From Octopus vulgaris (Eukaryota), in NCBI GenBank assembly GCA_951406725.2, contig OX597820.1:114080001-114144000 (forward strand): a stretch of 64,000 nt of DNA, read 5' to 3'. Positions within the stretch are counted from its first letter, which is position 1. Every line of letters begins with the position of its first letter. The notes beneath the pieces are model-generated. The model made no database searches, was not told the origin of the DNA, and saw only the letters and a list, made by a program, of their open reading frames with translations. Shown piece after piece: positions 53,583 through 64,000 of the stretch. Both the position numbers and the translations under genes were made by a program.

Positions 53583-53640
<58 letters not shown>

Positions 53641-56600
53641 GTACATTCAGTTCTAATATAGTCTAATATCTCACGTGCTTAATATGTATATGCTATCAAA
53701 ATATATTTATGTTTCATTTCATAATGATAAAGCATTTTGCTGACAATTTCCTTTATCAATACCTACTGCTGCCTGCTCTAATTATTTACTGATAACATAT
53801 ATATATATAACATATACACACGTATACATAATATATAAAACAGTTACCCTTACATTTTAGCTCACTACTCATGCTGTCCAGAGCCAATGCATGTTGATCT
53901 CTGTCGTTTCGCATTACATCAAGGAAGGTCTGTCGCGTACTGTTATCACAGATTTTGAAGTATTCAGCAATAGAATCAATTTCACCATCAGTAGCTGTAA
54001 ATATAAAGGGTTATGTCATTAATCCTTCCCCCAACTTAAAAAGCGCAAAAGACCACCCCCACCTCCTTCCAGTTGGATACCTTTTATTTATATAACTATT
54101 TGTGAAGCTTTAAAAAAAATGTGTAAATGTAAATGCCTCTTCCATCCTCTCATCCATTCTGCCCATTTTGATACTTTGCTCCCTATCAAAGCCACAAACA
54201 AAGCTTTGGTCAGACTGAGGCTACAGTAGAAGACACTTGCTCAAGATGCCATGCAGGTTAAGTAGCTTATTCCACTCAAAAAGTCCCTGAATAAGGGTTG
54301 TTTAAGGATGTTGAATGAAACACCCATGTTTCCTGAGGGGTATTAGTCAAACCCCAAGGAATTTGTCTCAACATATGGATATGATGCTCCCCCATTACTT
54401 CTGCTCATGATTAGAGATGCACATATCGTCAGCCACCAAGGGACAAGATCAAGCAACTGACAAGCAAATCTGTGATACTGAGCAGAATATTTGCTGTAAG
54501 CCATCTGTTATGCCATGACAAAACATGTATATGATAATACAATCAGTTAAGGTCAGAAACCATGAGAGCCAGTGCCTGGTATTGCAGAGGGCATATAATC
54601 ATCATCACCACCACCACCACCACCATAATAATAATATATCTGTATATATATTTAGAAAGAGAGAGAGAGAGAGAGTCCAAGGAGGTTGGGAAGCAGACTT
54701 CTTACCACACAGCCACACCCGTGTTTGTGTGTGTGTGTGTAAGTATGCATGTATGTAAAGTGATAGAAAGGCTATAATGAAATTGCCACAAGACATGGAA
54801 TATCCAGCCATTCAGGCAGTGCCAGTTTCTCAAACATTGCAGACTGTTCTGGCCACATCAATTTCACTGTGTTTTTTCTGTCACCTTTTCCAAATAATAC
54901 AGGTCTTGAATACAGGACAACCTCCAACCTCCTTGGACTCTCTCTCTCTCTCTTTCTAAATATATATACAGATATATTATTATTATGGTGGTGGTGGTGG
55001 TGATGATGATGATTATATGCCCTCATGCAATACCAGGCACTGGCTCTCATGGTTTCTGACCTTAACTGATTGTATTATCATATACATGTTTTGTCATGGC
55101 ATAACAGATGGCTTACAGCAAATATTCTGCTCAGTATCACAGATTTGCTTGTCAGTTGCTTGATCTTGTCCCTTGGTGGCTGACGATATGTGCATCTCTA
55201 ATCATGAGCAGAAGTAATAGGGGAGCATCATATCCATATGTTGAGACAAATTCCTTGGGGTTTGACTAATACCCCTCAGGAAACATGGGTGTTTCATTCA
55301 ACATCCTTAAACAACCCTTATTCAGGGACTTTTTGAGTGGAATAAGCTACTTAACCTGAAGAAAATTCTAACTGGGCCCCACCTGCAAAGTCATGTTCTG
55401 TTAATCTTGATATGAGATCACCATGTTGCGTACATATGGTTGTGATGTAATGCACCTGGTTATATCCTTATCAGACGGGTAGTCATGATGGATATATTGG
55501 ACTTCCTATATTTGTACCCCAGTGTCACTTTGATGTCATGTGCTGCTCTTTCACCCCTCCTCCTCAACAATAATAACAGCAACAACAACAGCAGCAGCAG
55601 CAGTGGAGGCACAATGGCCCAGTGGTTAGGGCAGTGGACTTGCGGTCAGAGGATCGTGGTTTCGATTCTCAGACCGGGCGTTGTGTGTGTTTATTGAGCG
55701 AAAACACCTAAAGCTCCACGAGGCTCCGGTAGGGGGTGATGGCAACCCCTATTGTACTCTTTCGCTCCATCTTTCTCTCACTCTTTCTTCCTATTTCTTG
55801 TCCCCAACTTCCTACGCAACCACCGAGCCTGGATGCGTATTCATCCATCCATCGATGCTCTCGTTGTCGGGGGTTGACCTGATTTCTCTTTAGTCGAGCA
55901 AATCGACCCCGGGACTTATTGTTTGTAAGCCCAGTACTTATTATATTGGTCTCTTTTGCCGAACCGCTAAGTGACGGGGACGTAAACACACCAGCATCGG
56001 TTGTCAAGCAATGCTAGGGGGACAAACACAGACACACAAACACACATATATATATATACATATATACGACAAGCTTCTTTCAGTTTCCGTCTGCCAAATC
56101 CACTCACAAAGCATTGGTCGGCCCGAGGCTATAGTAGAAGACACTTGCCCAAGATGCCACGCAGTGGAACTGAACCCGCAACCATGTGGTTGGTTAGCAA
56201 GCTACTTACCACACAGCCACTCCTGCAAGTTTTTCCTTCACATCTCTGCTCACAAACTTTGCTAACACCTTGTAATTTTTCCGTTTTGTATTGTTAATAA
56301 AGTTCTCACAATGTAATATTGAACCCCTTATCAATTTAATTGGCCCATATTACAATAGGGATTTTCATAATATCTGGCTGGCAAGACCTAGTTTCTCCTT
56401 CAATCCAACCCAGAAAGGAAAATGAGTTTGATATCCCTGATGTAAAGAAATAACAAGGAAGAGAGCCAAGAAACTTTCAGCTTACATTTGGTGATGCTGT
56501 TCGTTTTTATAGAGTTGCTGGAACTGTGGGAAATTGTGTTGGAGATTTCTAGGTCTGGCAGAAGATTGGCGTGAATGTTTTTCTCATTGTCACCATTCCT

Positions 56601-58763
56601 GGAATGTCAAGAGAGAGGCAAATAGCAAAGATTTACATTCACACACAGACATATAATACATAAAAGGAAGGTCAAGGTTCTATGGGCAGACCTGTGGAGA
56701 CTGGAATCTTTCTGTATCTCCTTCTTGCAGTGGGTGGTGTATAACACACTTCCAACCTGCACAGATGGAGTTTGAAGGAGAACCAGCTGTGCAGACTATG
56801 TAGAGAAAGGAAGCAATCAAATCGAGGAGGTAAAGGTGTATATCTGCTTAGGGCCTGCAGTGAATATACACTGAGATAGGGATGCTGAAATCTCAAAGAG
56901 AATAAGAGTAGGATGGAAAGCATTTAACTCAATAATGGATGTACTCTAAACAAAGCTAGACAATGCCAAACATGCCAGACTCTTCAGTAGCACTGTCCTA
57001 CCTGAGCTCTTATATGCAGGTGAAGTGTAGGCTAATACAAAGAGGGTAGAACACTGATTGGCTACAACACAAAGGGCCATGGAAAGATCTGTGCTCAGAA
57101 TATCAGTAACAGAGCACATTTGAAACAAAAGAATTCAAGGATTGGCCAGAACGAATGATGTGATCACAGAGTACCATATCGCAAGATTCATAAACAATGG
57201 GTGGACCTTTGCAGTTGCTGAGTGGTATCCAAGAGATTGGAAAAGGCCATTTGCAAAACCTCTATGGCAATGGGACGACAATTTAGTTAAGTAATTTTGG
57301 TAAAGATGGAAAAGAACAGTGCAATCAAGACAGAACTGGAAGTGCTCTGTGACCAGTGGCATACAACAACATCTGATGGTCTGGTCAGTACTGTGATATA
57401 TATTTCATGTTTCTGGCACCAGAATTTTCAACTCAAGTCAAATACAAGAAACTACTCCAAATCCTTGTTAGAATCAAGACAGGTTCATTTCTGCTGGCAT
57501 CAAGTTGTATAAATTGTAACATTAAAATGAAACCAAATAATATTTTGAAAATATTTAATGTTTCAGATCTGTATAATTCCTATTATTTATTATAATACAG
57601 ATCTGAAACGTATATATTAAATGCTTTCAAAATATTGGTTTCAAATTTTGGCACAAGGCCAGTAATTTCAGGGGAGAGGTAAGTCAATTGCATTGATCCC
57701 AGTGTCCAACTGGTACTTAGTTTATCAACCCCAAACGAATTTAAGGCAAAGCTGCTAAGCATTTCGCCCAGCACAGTAACGATTCTGCCAGCTCATCGCT
57801 TTCAGAAATGCTTTCAAAATATCTGGTTTGACTTCCTTATTACAATTTATACATGTGTCTGTGTGCCATTGGCATCATCATCATCAACATCAAAGGATTA
57901 TGTCATGCATCAATGCTTGCTTTGGCATGATTTCTATGGCTGGATACCCTTCCTAATGCCAACCACTTTACAGAGTGTAATAGGTGGTGCTTTCTGTCAT
58001 GACACCAACCTAGAAATTATTGTCTCATAACTTGCAAGGTTAAGGCCTTGATATAGTCTTTATAACTATGGGAGAACAGAAGAGAGAGTGGGTGATGATC
58101 CTAAGCAGAGGATTGAGGGAATGAAAAGAGGGGAGGCTGGGGTGGGGGGCATATGGCAGACAACAGGGAGAGGGAAGGGGTTTGTTGCATACATACACTT
58201 ACATCTATCCATATGTGCACGCATGTGCATGTGTGTGTATTTTGCAAGATTCTTGATGTGAAAGGATAAGGATACGCACTAATGGAAAAGAGAATGGACT
58301 CAACAAAACAGGATGAGATATGTGGGATGGAGAGTCCCTGAAGAGGTCACAGGATGTGTGATGAAAGATTTCAGACAAAGGATACTAAAATAATAATAAA
58401 GTTGAAGAGAAGAATGAGTATAAAGTGCATGTGGTTATTTGGCAAAAAAAAAAAAGAAATCATCCCTAAATATAAAAAAAATAATAAAAACGTATATAAT
58501 TGTTATTCTACCAATTATATACGTTTTTATTATTTTTTTGCAATTTACTTAATCATTGGTATTTTATTGTTATTTTAATTTTAGTATTTCTATTATATGT
58601 AATTTTCTAGATGGTGTAATTTAATTGTTCATTTTGAATTGATAAAAGGTGGGTTTTTTTCTAATTTTTTATATATATATATATATATTCTGCGAAATTT
58701 GATTTAGTATTTCTAAATTGAATTTTTTTCCTGTAAGTTAGGATTAATATTCCCTCAAATAAT

Positions 58764-58800
<37 letters not shown>

Positions 58801-59058
58801 AGAGTAAACACATAAATGTGAAACAAGGTGGAAAAAAGAGTACTCAAATACCAGAGGTAGGGTATTATGCTTTATTTAAAAGCAGCAGAAATTTAACAAA
58901 AGCTGTTACTCGGAGTTTCACGTTCCCGTTCATCGGACAGTTTTGTTATGAACATACTGGACAAAACTGTCCGACGAACAGGAACGAGAAACTCCGAGTA
59001 ACAGCTTTTGTTAAATTTCTGCTGCTTTCAAATAAAGTATATATATATATATATTTAT

Positions 59059-59091
<33 letters not shown>

Positions 59092-60682
59092 CACAATATT
59101 CAGAAACCTGACCGCTTGCAAACTTTCTCTCCTCATGTCACTTGCATACGTACAGACACTAAACACTCATAAAACACTCAGCTACAGGAAGATAATACAG
59201 TAAAGATAAGTTGATGGCCATTCTTACCTGGTGTGGCAATTTTCATTATTTACTGCAAACTGTGAGGGTTGCAGGAGTTCAATCTGGGCAGCAATGATAT
59301 CTTTTGATTCTATCATATCACAATCATCTATACTGGGAAGACAAATCAACATCATCATCATCACCTTTATTTATATTAGTATCATCATCATCATCAGTAG
59401 TAGTAGTTGGCATGGCTGTGTGATTAAAAAGCTTGCTTCTCAGCCATGTGGTCTCAGCTGCAGTCTCACTGCACGACACCTTAGGTAAGCATCTACTAAT
59501 ATAGCCCTAGGCCAACCAAATCCTTGTGAGTGAAACTAGTGGATGAAAACTGAAAGAAACATGTTGTTTTACATATGTATAGGTGCAGGAATGGCTGTGT
59601 GGTAAGTAGCTTACTTACCAATCACATGGTTCTGGGTTCGGTCCCACTGCGTGGCACCTTGGGCAAGTGTCTTCTACTATAGCCTGACCAAAGCCTTGTG
59701 AGTAGATTTGGTAGACGGAAACTGAAAGAAGCTCATCGTATGTGTGTGTGTGTGTGTGTGTTTGTCCGCCCAACATCACTTGACAACTGATGCTGGTGTG
59801 TTTATGTCCCTGTAACTTAAAAGTTCAGCAAAAGAGACCCATAGTACTAGGCTTACAAAGAGTAAGTCCTAGGGTTGGTTTGCTTGACTGAAGGCAGTAC
59901 TCCAGCATGGCCACAGTCAAATGACTGAAACAAGTGAAAGAGTAAAAGAATACATAAATGAAGCTTGTCATTTTGTATTTACATACACATGCATATATTT
60001 CATTATTAATGCTGGAGGCAGATAAATTAGTTCAAAATTTGCGATCAGTGTATACACTTCAAGTGTGTATACTATTGAAAGCCTTCTAAGCTGCAGTATC
60101 CATCTCGAGAAAGTATCTTATAGATGGATAGTGTTAAAAACTGAAAGACAGCAGCAGCTGCAAGTCACCCAGCATTGTTGGTGAAATTGCAAGATCTAGA
60201 TTTCGCTTGTTATCTTCATCGGTAGCAGATGTCCACGTCACTTCATGTCAAGCAAATACTGGTTGGTAGCTGATGTATATATCTTTACTACCCACAGGGG
60301 GCTAAACATAGAGGGGGCAAACAAGGACAGACAAAGGGATTAAGTCGATTACATCGACCCCAGTGCGTAAACTGGTACATCCCGAAAGGATGAAAGGCAA
60401 AATCAACCTCGGTGGAATTTGAACTCGGAACGTAGCAGCAGACGAAATACGGCTACACATTTTGCCTGGCGTGCTAACGTTTCTGCCAGCTCGCTGCCTT
60501 TTGCTAGCTGATATAGTTAAACAGCAATTGAAAGGTCACTGATTTTGCATTTAGCCAAAATTTAAAACGATATCATTATCAATAATATTAATACGCTAAC
60601 TTTTTGTTTTTGTATGTACCTGTTGTGTGCGTCACACTTCAAAGAAGTGGCAAAGTGAGAGAGAGGAGGACAGAGAGCAAGT

Positions 60683-60720
<38 letters not shown>

Positions 60721-63423
60721 GAGAGTGAAAGTGAAAGAGACAGTGAGTGGTGACAGCATTTGTTTTGTGTTTTTAAATGTTTCAGAGCGGATGTAAAAGA
60801 GAAAGAAGGAGTGAAAGAGAGTAGAAGAGACAGTGAGTGGTGACGGCGTTCGTTTTGTGCTTTTAAATGTTTATCAAATCGCAAGAGAAGTAGATACATA
60901 GACACATTGTCAAATCAAAAGCGGGAGAGAAGAGGGACACAAAGGAAGTGAAAGAGAAAGAGAGAGAGAGAGACAGTAGATGCATAAATCCAAAGAAAAG
61001 TTCATACATTGATATATATACACAGCAAATATTGGATGGAGGCAACAAGAGAGAAAGAGAAAGAATGGTCATGAGAGAGAGAGAGAGAGAGAAAGAGCTA
61101 GAGAAAAATGTGAAACCATTTACTAATTACCTTATCACACCACTGTCCTGTGTTCGATCTGTTTCTCCAAGTTCTTCTCCGGGCTGCAGACAAAACAAAA
61201 TAATAATCATTCTTCCTAGTAAAGGCATAAGGCCTGAAACTTGGGTGGGAGGGACTAGTCAATTACATTGACCCCCCCAGTATTTGACTGGTACTTATTT
61301 CATCAACCCTAAAAGGATGGAAGACAAAATCAACCTTGGCAGAATTTGAACAGGGAATGTAAAAGAAATGTTGCTGAACATTTTGTCTGATTTGGTTATG
61401 GTTCTGCTAGTTCACCGCCTTAATAATGATAATAAACCTTTCTACTATAAGCACAAGGTCTGAAATTTGAGGGTAAGAATTGGGAACAGTCAATTACATT
61501 GACTCCAGTGCTCAACTGGTACACATTTTATTGACTCTGAAAGAATTAAAGGCAAAACTGACCTTGGTGGAATTTGAATTCAGAATTTTGGATTCAGAAT
61601 TTTGAGGGTGGGGATGAGTCAATTAGATCAACCCTAGTGTGTAACTGGTACTCAATTCATTGACCCCTAAAAGGATGAAAGGAACTCACAACATAGCAAT
61701 GGCTGAAATATTGTTAAGCATTTTGTCCAGCATATTAACGATTATGCCAGCTTGATGATTAATAATAATAATAATTAATTCGTTTTATTGGCCACAAGGG
61801 CTGACAAAAATCATTTATAACATAAAGGGACAACTGTGCCGGTGGCACGTAAAAAGCACCAACCGATCGTGGCCGTTGCCAGCCTCCTCTGGCACCTGTG
61901 CCGGTGGCATGTAAAAAGCACCCACTACACTCGCAGAGTGGTTGGCGTTAGGAAGGGCATCCAGCTGTAGAAACACTGCCAGATCAGACTGGAGCCTGGT
62001 GCAGCCACCTGGCTTCCCAGACCCCGGTCAAACCGTCCAACCCATGCTAGAACGGAAAACGGACATTAAACGATGATGATGATGATGATGAAAATCCTTT
62101 CTTGTTTTGGCACGAGGCCAACAATTCTTGAGGAGTGTAGAAGTCAACTATATGAAGCTCAATTCTCAAACGGTACTTATTTTATTGACTACAAAAGGAT
62201 GAAGGGCAAAGTCAACTTCACTGGCATTTGAAATCTGAACATAAAACCGGAAGAAATGCTGCTAAGCATTTGTCTGGTGCAGTAATAATTCTAATTCACT
62301 GTGTTAATAATAATAATAATAATCCTTTCTTATTTTGGCACAAGGCCAGCAATTTTGAGGAGAGGGGGAAGTCAATTACATCAATCCCAGTGCTCAACTG
62401 GTGCTTATTTTGCTGGCATCAAAAGGATAAAAAGCAAAGTGGACTTCAAAAAGCAAAGGCAGACGAAATGCCACTCAGCATTTTGTCCGACAGGCTAATC
62501 GTTCTGCCAGCTTACCACCTTAATAATAATAATAATAATAATCATTTCTACTATAGGCACAAGGCCTGAAATTTGGGGCAGGGGGATAGTCGATTACATC
62601 TTCCCCCAGTACTCAACTGGTACTTCATTTATTGATCCTAAAAGGATGAAAAGCAAAGTCGACCTTGGTAGAATTTGAACTTAGAATCTGAAGATGGATT
62701 AAATGCCGCCATGTATTTTGCCTGGCATACGAACAATTCTGCCAGATTGCTGCCTTAAATTAATAATAATAATAATAATGGTTTCAAATTTTGCCACAAG
62801 GGCAGCAATTTTGGGGCAGGAGATAAGTTGATTACGTCAACCCCAGTATTCAATCGGTGCCTATTTTAATCAATCCTGAAAATGAAAGGCAAAGTTGACC
62901 TCGGCAGAATTTGAACTCAGAACGTAGGGAGAGGCAAAGTACTGCTAAACACTTCGTCCGATGATTCTGCCTGCTTGCTACCTTATTAATAACAATAATA
63001 ACAACATTACCTTTTGATGGAACTGGTGAATGCTAGTTCTGTCTGAACTGTTCAATAGGTTTATATTTTCTGTTATCAAAGAATTTGATAGACTAATTGA
63101 GGAATTTGGTAGAATGTAAATGTCTTTAGTCACATCTGCTGACTGTAATGGAGTTTTACCAAGGGTTGGTTTGGGTTGAATTGATGAATGAGGGTGTGGT
63201 GAGAGTTGCTGCCGTTGCTCATGGTCTTCTTCTTCTTGAGAAAGGTTGCGGAACTCCGTGGAGCTGACATTATTTATGTTCAGGTCATCCACGACAGTTG
63301 GAAGGCTTGTGTAAGGTGTCATGGAGTCAGGATTGAAATTATCCATTTGTTGGAAGTCTCCATCATCATCCTCATTTGACACTGAGTTATATCTTGATGA
63401 CTGATTCTTCATTTCATCTGACA
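51517..63423 (-). CDS. Gene B (6 visible exons, 5'-incomplete): diverged paralog of gene A covering linker, YFxIC motif and coiled coil
   Basis: Exons 63423-63011, 61183-61131, 59332-59228, 56598-56486, 53994-53854, 51767-51517. All are AG/GT bounded on the minus strand with joining phases 0,2,2,1,1 and give one open frame to a TGA stop. Confidence 0.82.
52095..52650. repeat. Two diverged tandem ~280-bp units, possibly a Helentron-like non-autonomous element
   Basis: tactgaatggatc…atgcataagga…aacccccatgaaaattcata…tttagtcattttttt occurs twice. Confidence 0.6.
53270..53583. mobile_element. Young Penelope-type fold-back element
   Basis: Near-perfect hairpin 53282-53490 centred at gtccgtgc-t-gcacggac, unique arm to 53583; same family as 23429-23758. 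Confidence 0.8.
53395..53444 (+). ncRNA. Hammerhead motif with G3-C8 swapped core (GUGAACA); identical inverted copy at 53328-53377(-)
   Basis: tttgtca-GTGAACA-g-GTCGC(ggatttta)GCGAC-GAAA-ATAT-TT-tgacaaa: 7-bp stem I, 5-bp stem II, palindromic stem III. Confidence 0.7.
53854..53994 (-). CDS. Gene B exon (TDGEIDSIAEYFKICDNSTRQTFLDVMRNDRDQHALALDSMSSELK)
   Basis: tatttacag|CT...T|gtaagg; 141 nt, phase 1-1; YFKICDNSTR versus gene A YFHICNDSAR. Confidence 0.85.
54254..55358. repeat. Near-perfect long inverted repeat (arms 54254-54689 and 54924-55358, spacer ~235 bp)
   Basis: Arms are reverse complements over ~435 bp, including microsatellites and non-repeat sequence. Confidence 0.95.
55890..56225 (-). 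mobile_element. tRNA-derived SINE family 1 copy
   Basis: Near-identical to 10820-11165. Confidence 0.88.
56486..56598 (-). CDS. Gene B exon (NGDNEKNIHANLLPDLEISNTISHSSSNSIKTNSITK)
   Basis: cattccag|G...AAAT|gtaagc; phase 2-1, same ends as gene A exon 9. Confidence 0.75.
56760..57400 (+). mobile_element. Old RTE-clade LINE fragment
   Basis: EISKRIRVGWKAFNSI…LFSSTVLPELLYAGEV*…TTQRAMERSVL…AVAEWYPRDWKRP, with stops and frameshifts. Confidence 0.75.
58903..58940 (-). ncRNA. Hammerhead motif (CCGAUGA core, GNRA-capped stem II, GUA cleavage triplet); inverted partner at 58967-59004(+)
   Basis: ctgt-CCGATGA-ACG(GGAA)CGT-GAAA-CTC(C)GAG-TA-acag within fold-back 58870-59038. Confidence 0.7.
59228..59332 (-). 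CDS. Gene B exon (IDDCDMIESKDIIAAQIELLQPSQFAVNNENCHT)
   Basis: tcttcccag|T...AG|gtaaga; 105 nt, phase 2-2. Confidence 0.72.
61131..61183 (-). CDS. Gene B exon (PGEELGETDRTQDSGVI)
   Basis: ttttgtctgcag|CCC...AG|gtaatt; phase 0-2 and Pro start, like gene A exon 8. Confidence 0.72.
61200..62985 (-). repeat. Head-to-tail cluster of degenerate SINE family 2 copies separated by (AAT)n
   Basis: About seven repeats of ggcacaaggcc…caattacattgaccccagt…aaaggatgaaaggcaaagtcgacc, with one family 3 SINE inserted at 61835-62090. Confidence 0.8.
63011..63423 (-). CDS. Gene B exon, low-complexity acidic/Ser-rich linker (SDEMKNQSSRYNSVSNEDDDGD…HQFHQK)
   Basis: tttttttccag acceptor, AAG|gtaatg donor; 413 nt open frame, phase 1-0. 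Confidence 0.78.
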
Positions 63424-63460
63424 CTGGAAAAAAAAACAAAAAAAAACTGAAATGACAATA

Positions 63461-63551
63461 CACCACATTCACTGTAGACCTTAACTTCCCACAAGACACT
63501 AAAGAAAAAAACACACCACATTCACTGTAGACCTTAACTTCCCACAAGACA
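63461..63551. repeat. Short tandem duplication (~54-bp period) just upstream of the gene B acceptor
   Basis: caccacattcactgtagaccttaacttcccacaagacact x2. Confidence 0.9.
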
Positions 63552-64000
63552 CTTATTAAGAAAAAAAAAAACTCCCAACAAAGACAACTTTTACATGGTT
63601 GCTTCACCTGTGAGAAACAGCACCCAAATCATCCTCAAAATACAAAAACATCTAATGGGGTGAAAGACTAAGTAAACACCAACAAAATTCAAACTTAGAA
63701 GTAAAAAAAAAAATGTTAGTCAATGCTGCAAATTATTTTGTTCAACCTCAATAGGTTCCATTAATCCATAAAACTAACGCTGGCTATTTTGGGAAACAAC
63801 CTTCAACATGTATAACATGTAATCAATTCCTTAGTTTGTGCAGTGATCGTGCTTTTGCACAGTGGTAAATGCCACTACCCTCCACTATTGTTGCTGAAAG
63901 AGCTAAAGTAGGTTTTACCTATAGAATGGCTCAAAATTACCCCCAAAACTGTTCAGAACACCTGTACAAGTTAATTTCTTGACATACTAAAGGCATGATT

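Noticed and set aside
59110-59160. Candidate small gene B exon (VCTYASDMRRESLQA)
   Set aside because: Weak splice signals. Exon 56486-56598 already supplies the required phase 2-1 link with strong sites.
63600-63700. Possible further gene B exon ending cag|gtgaagc
   Set aside because: No convincing acceptor and frame combination, and no homology to gene A.

Overview
Eukaryotic, AT-rich, repeat-dense genomic DNA. The SINE families and microsatellite style point to an octopus (coleoid cephalopod); this is inferred, not proven. Reading splice sites by hand gives two multi-exon genes facing tail-to-tail. Gene A (+) has 11 phase-consistent exons over 5715-37300 (about 520 aa visible): a Cys-rich patch, an ankyrin domain that closely resembles the fungal Cdc10/Swi6/Mbp1/Res type, a Ser/Pro-rich linker with an NLS/SUMO-like motif (KRIKVE), a YFxIC motif and a C-terminal coiled coil. 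Gene B (-) has 6 phase-consistent exons over 63423-51517 and is 5'-incomplete; it is a diverged paralog sharing the YFxIC exon, the coiled-coil exon and the intron phases. The rest is transposon-derived: mariner, DD37D/maT, Chapaev3, Merlin-like and piggyBac-like MITEs, Helitron-like elements, RTE LINE fragments, three abundant SINE families and several Penelope-like elements (PLEs). The PLE termini and fold-backs carry at least five families of minimal type-I hammerhead-ribozyme motifs whose cores show C3-G8, G3-C8 and U3-A8 compensatory variants. A recent ~435-bp near-perfect inverted duplication lies in an intron of gene B. All homology calls come from motif recognition and recalled sequences; no searches were run.
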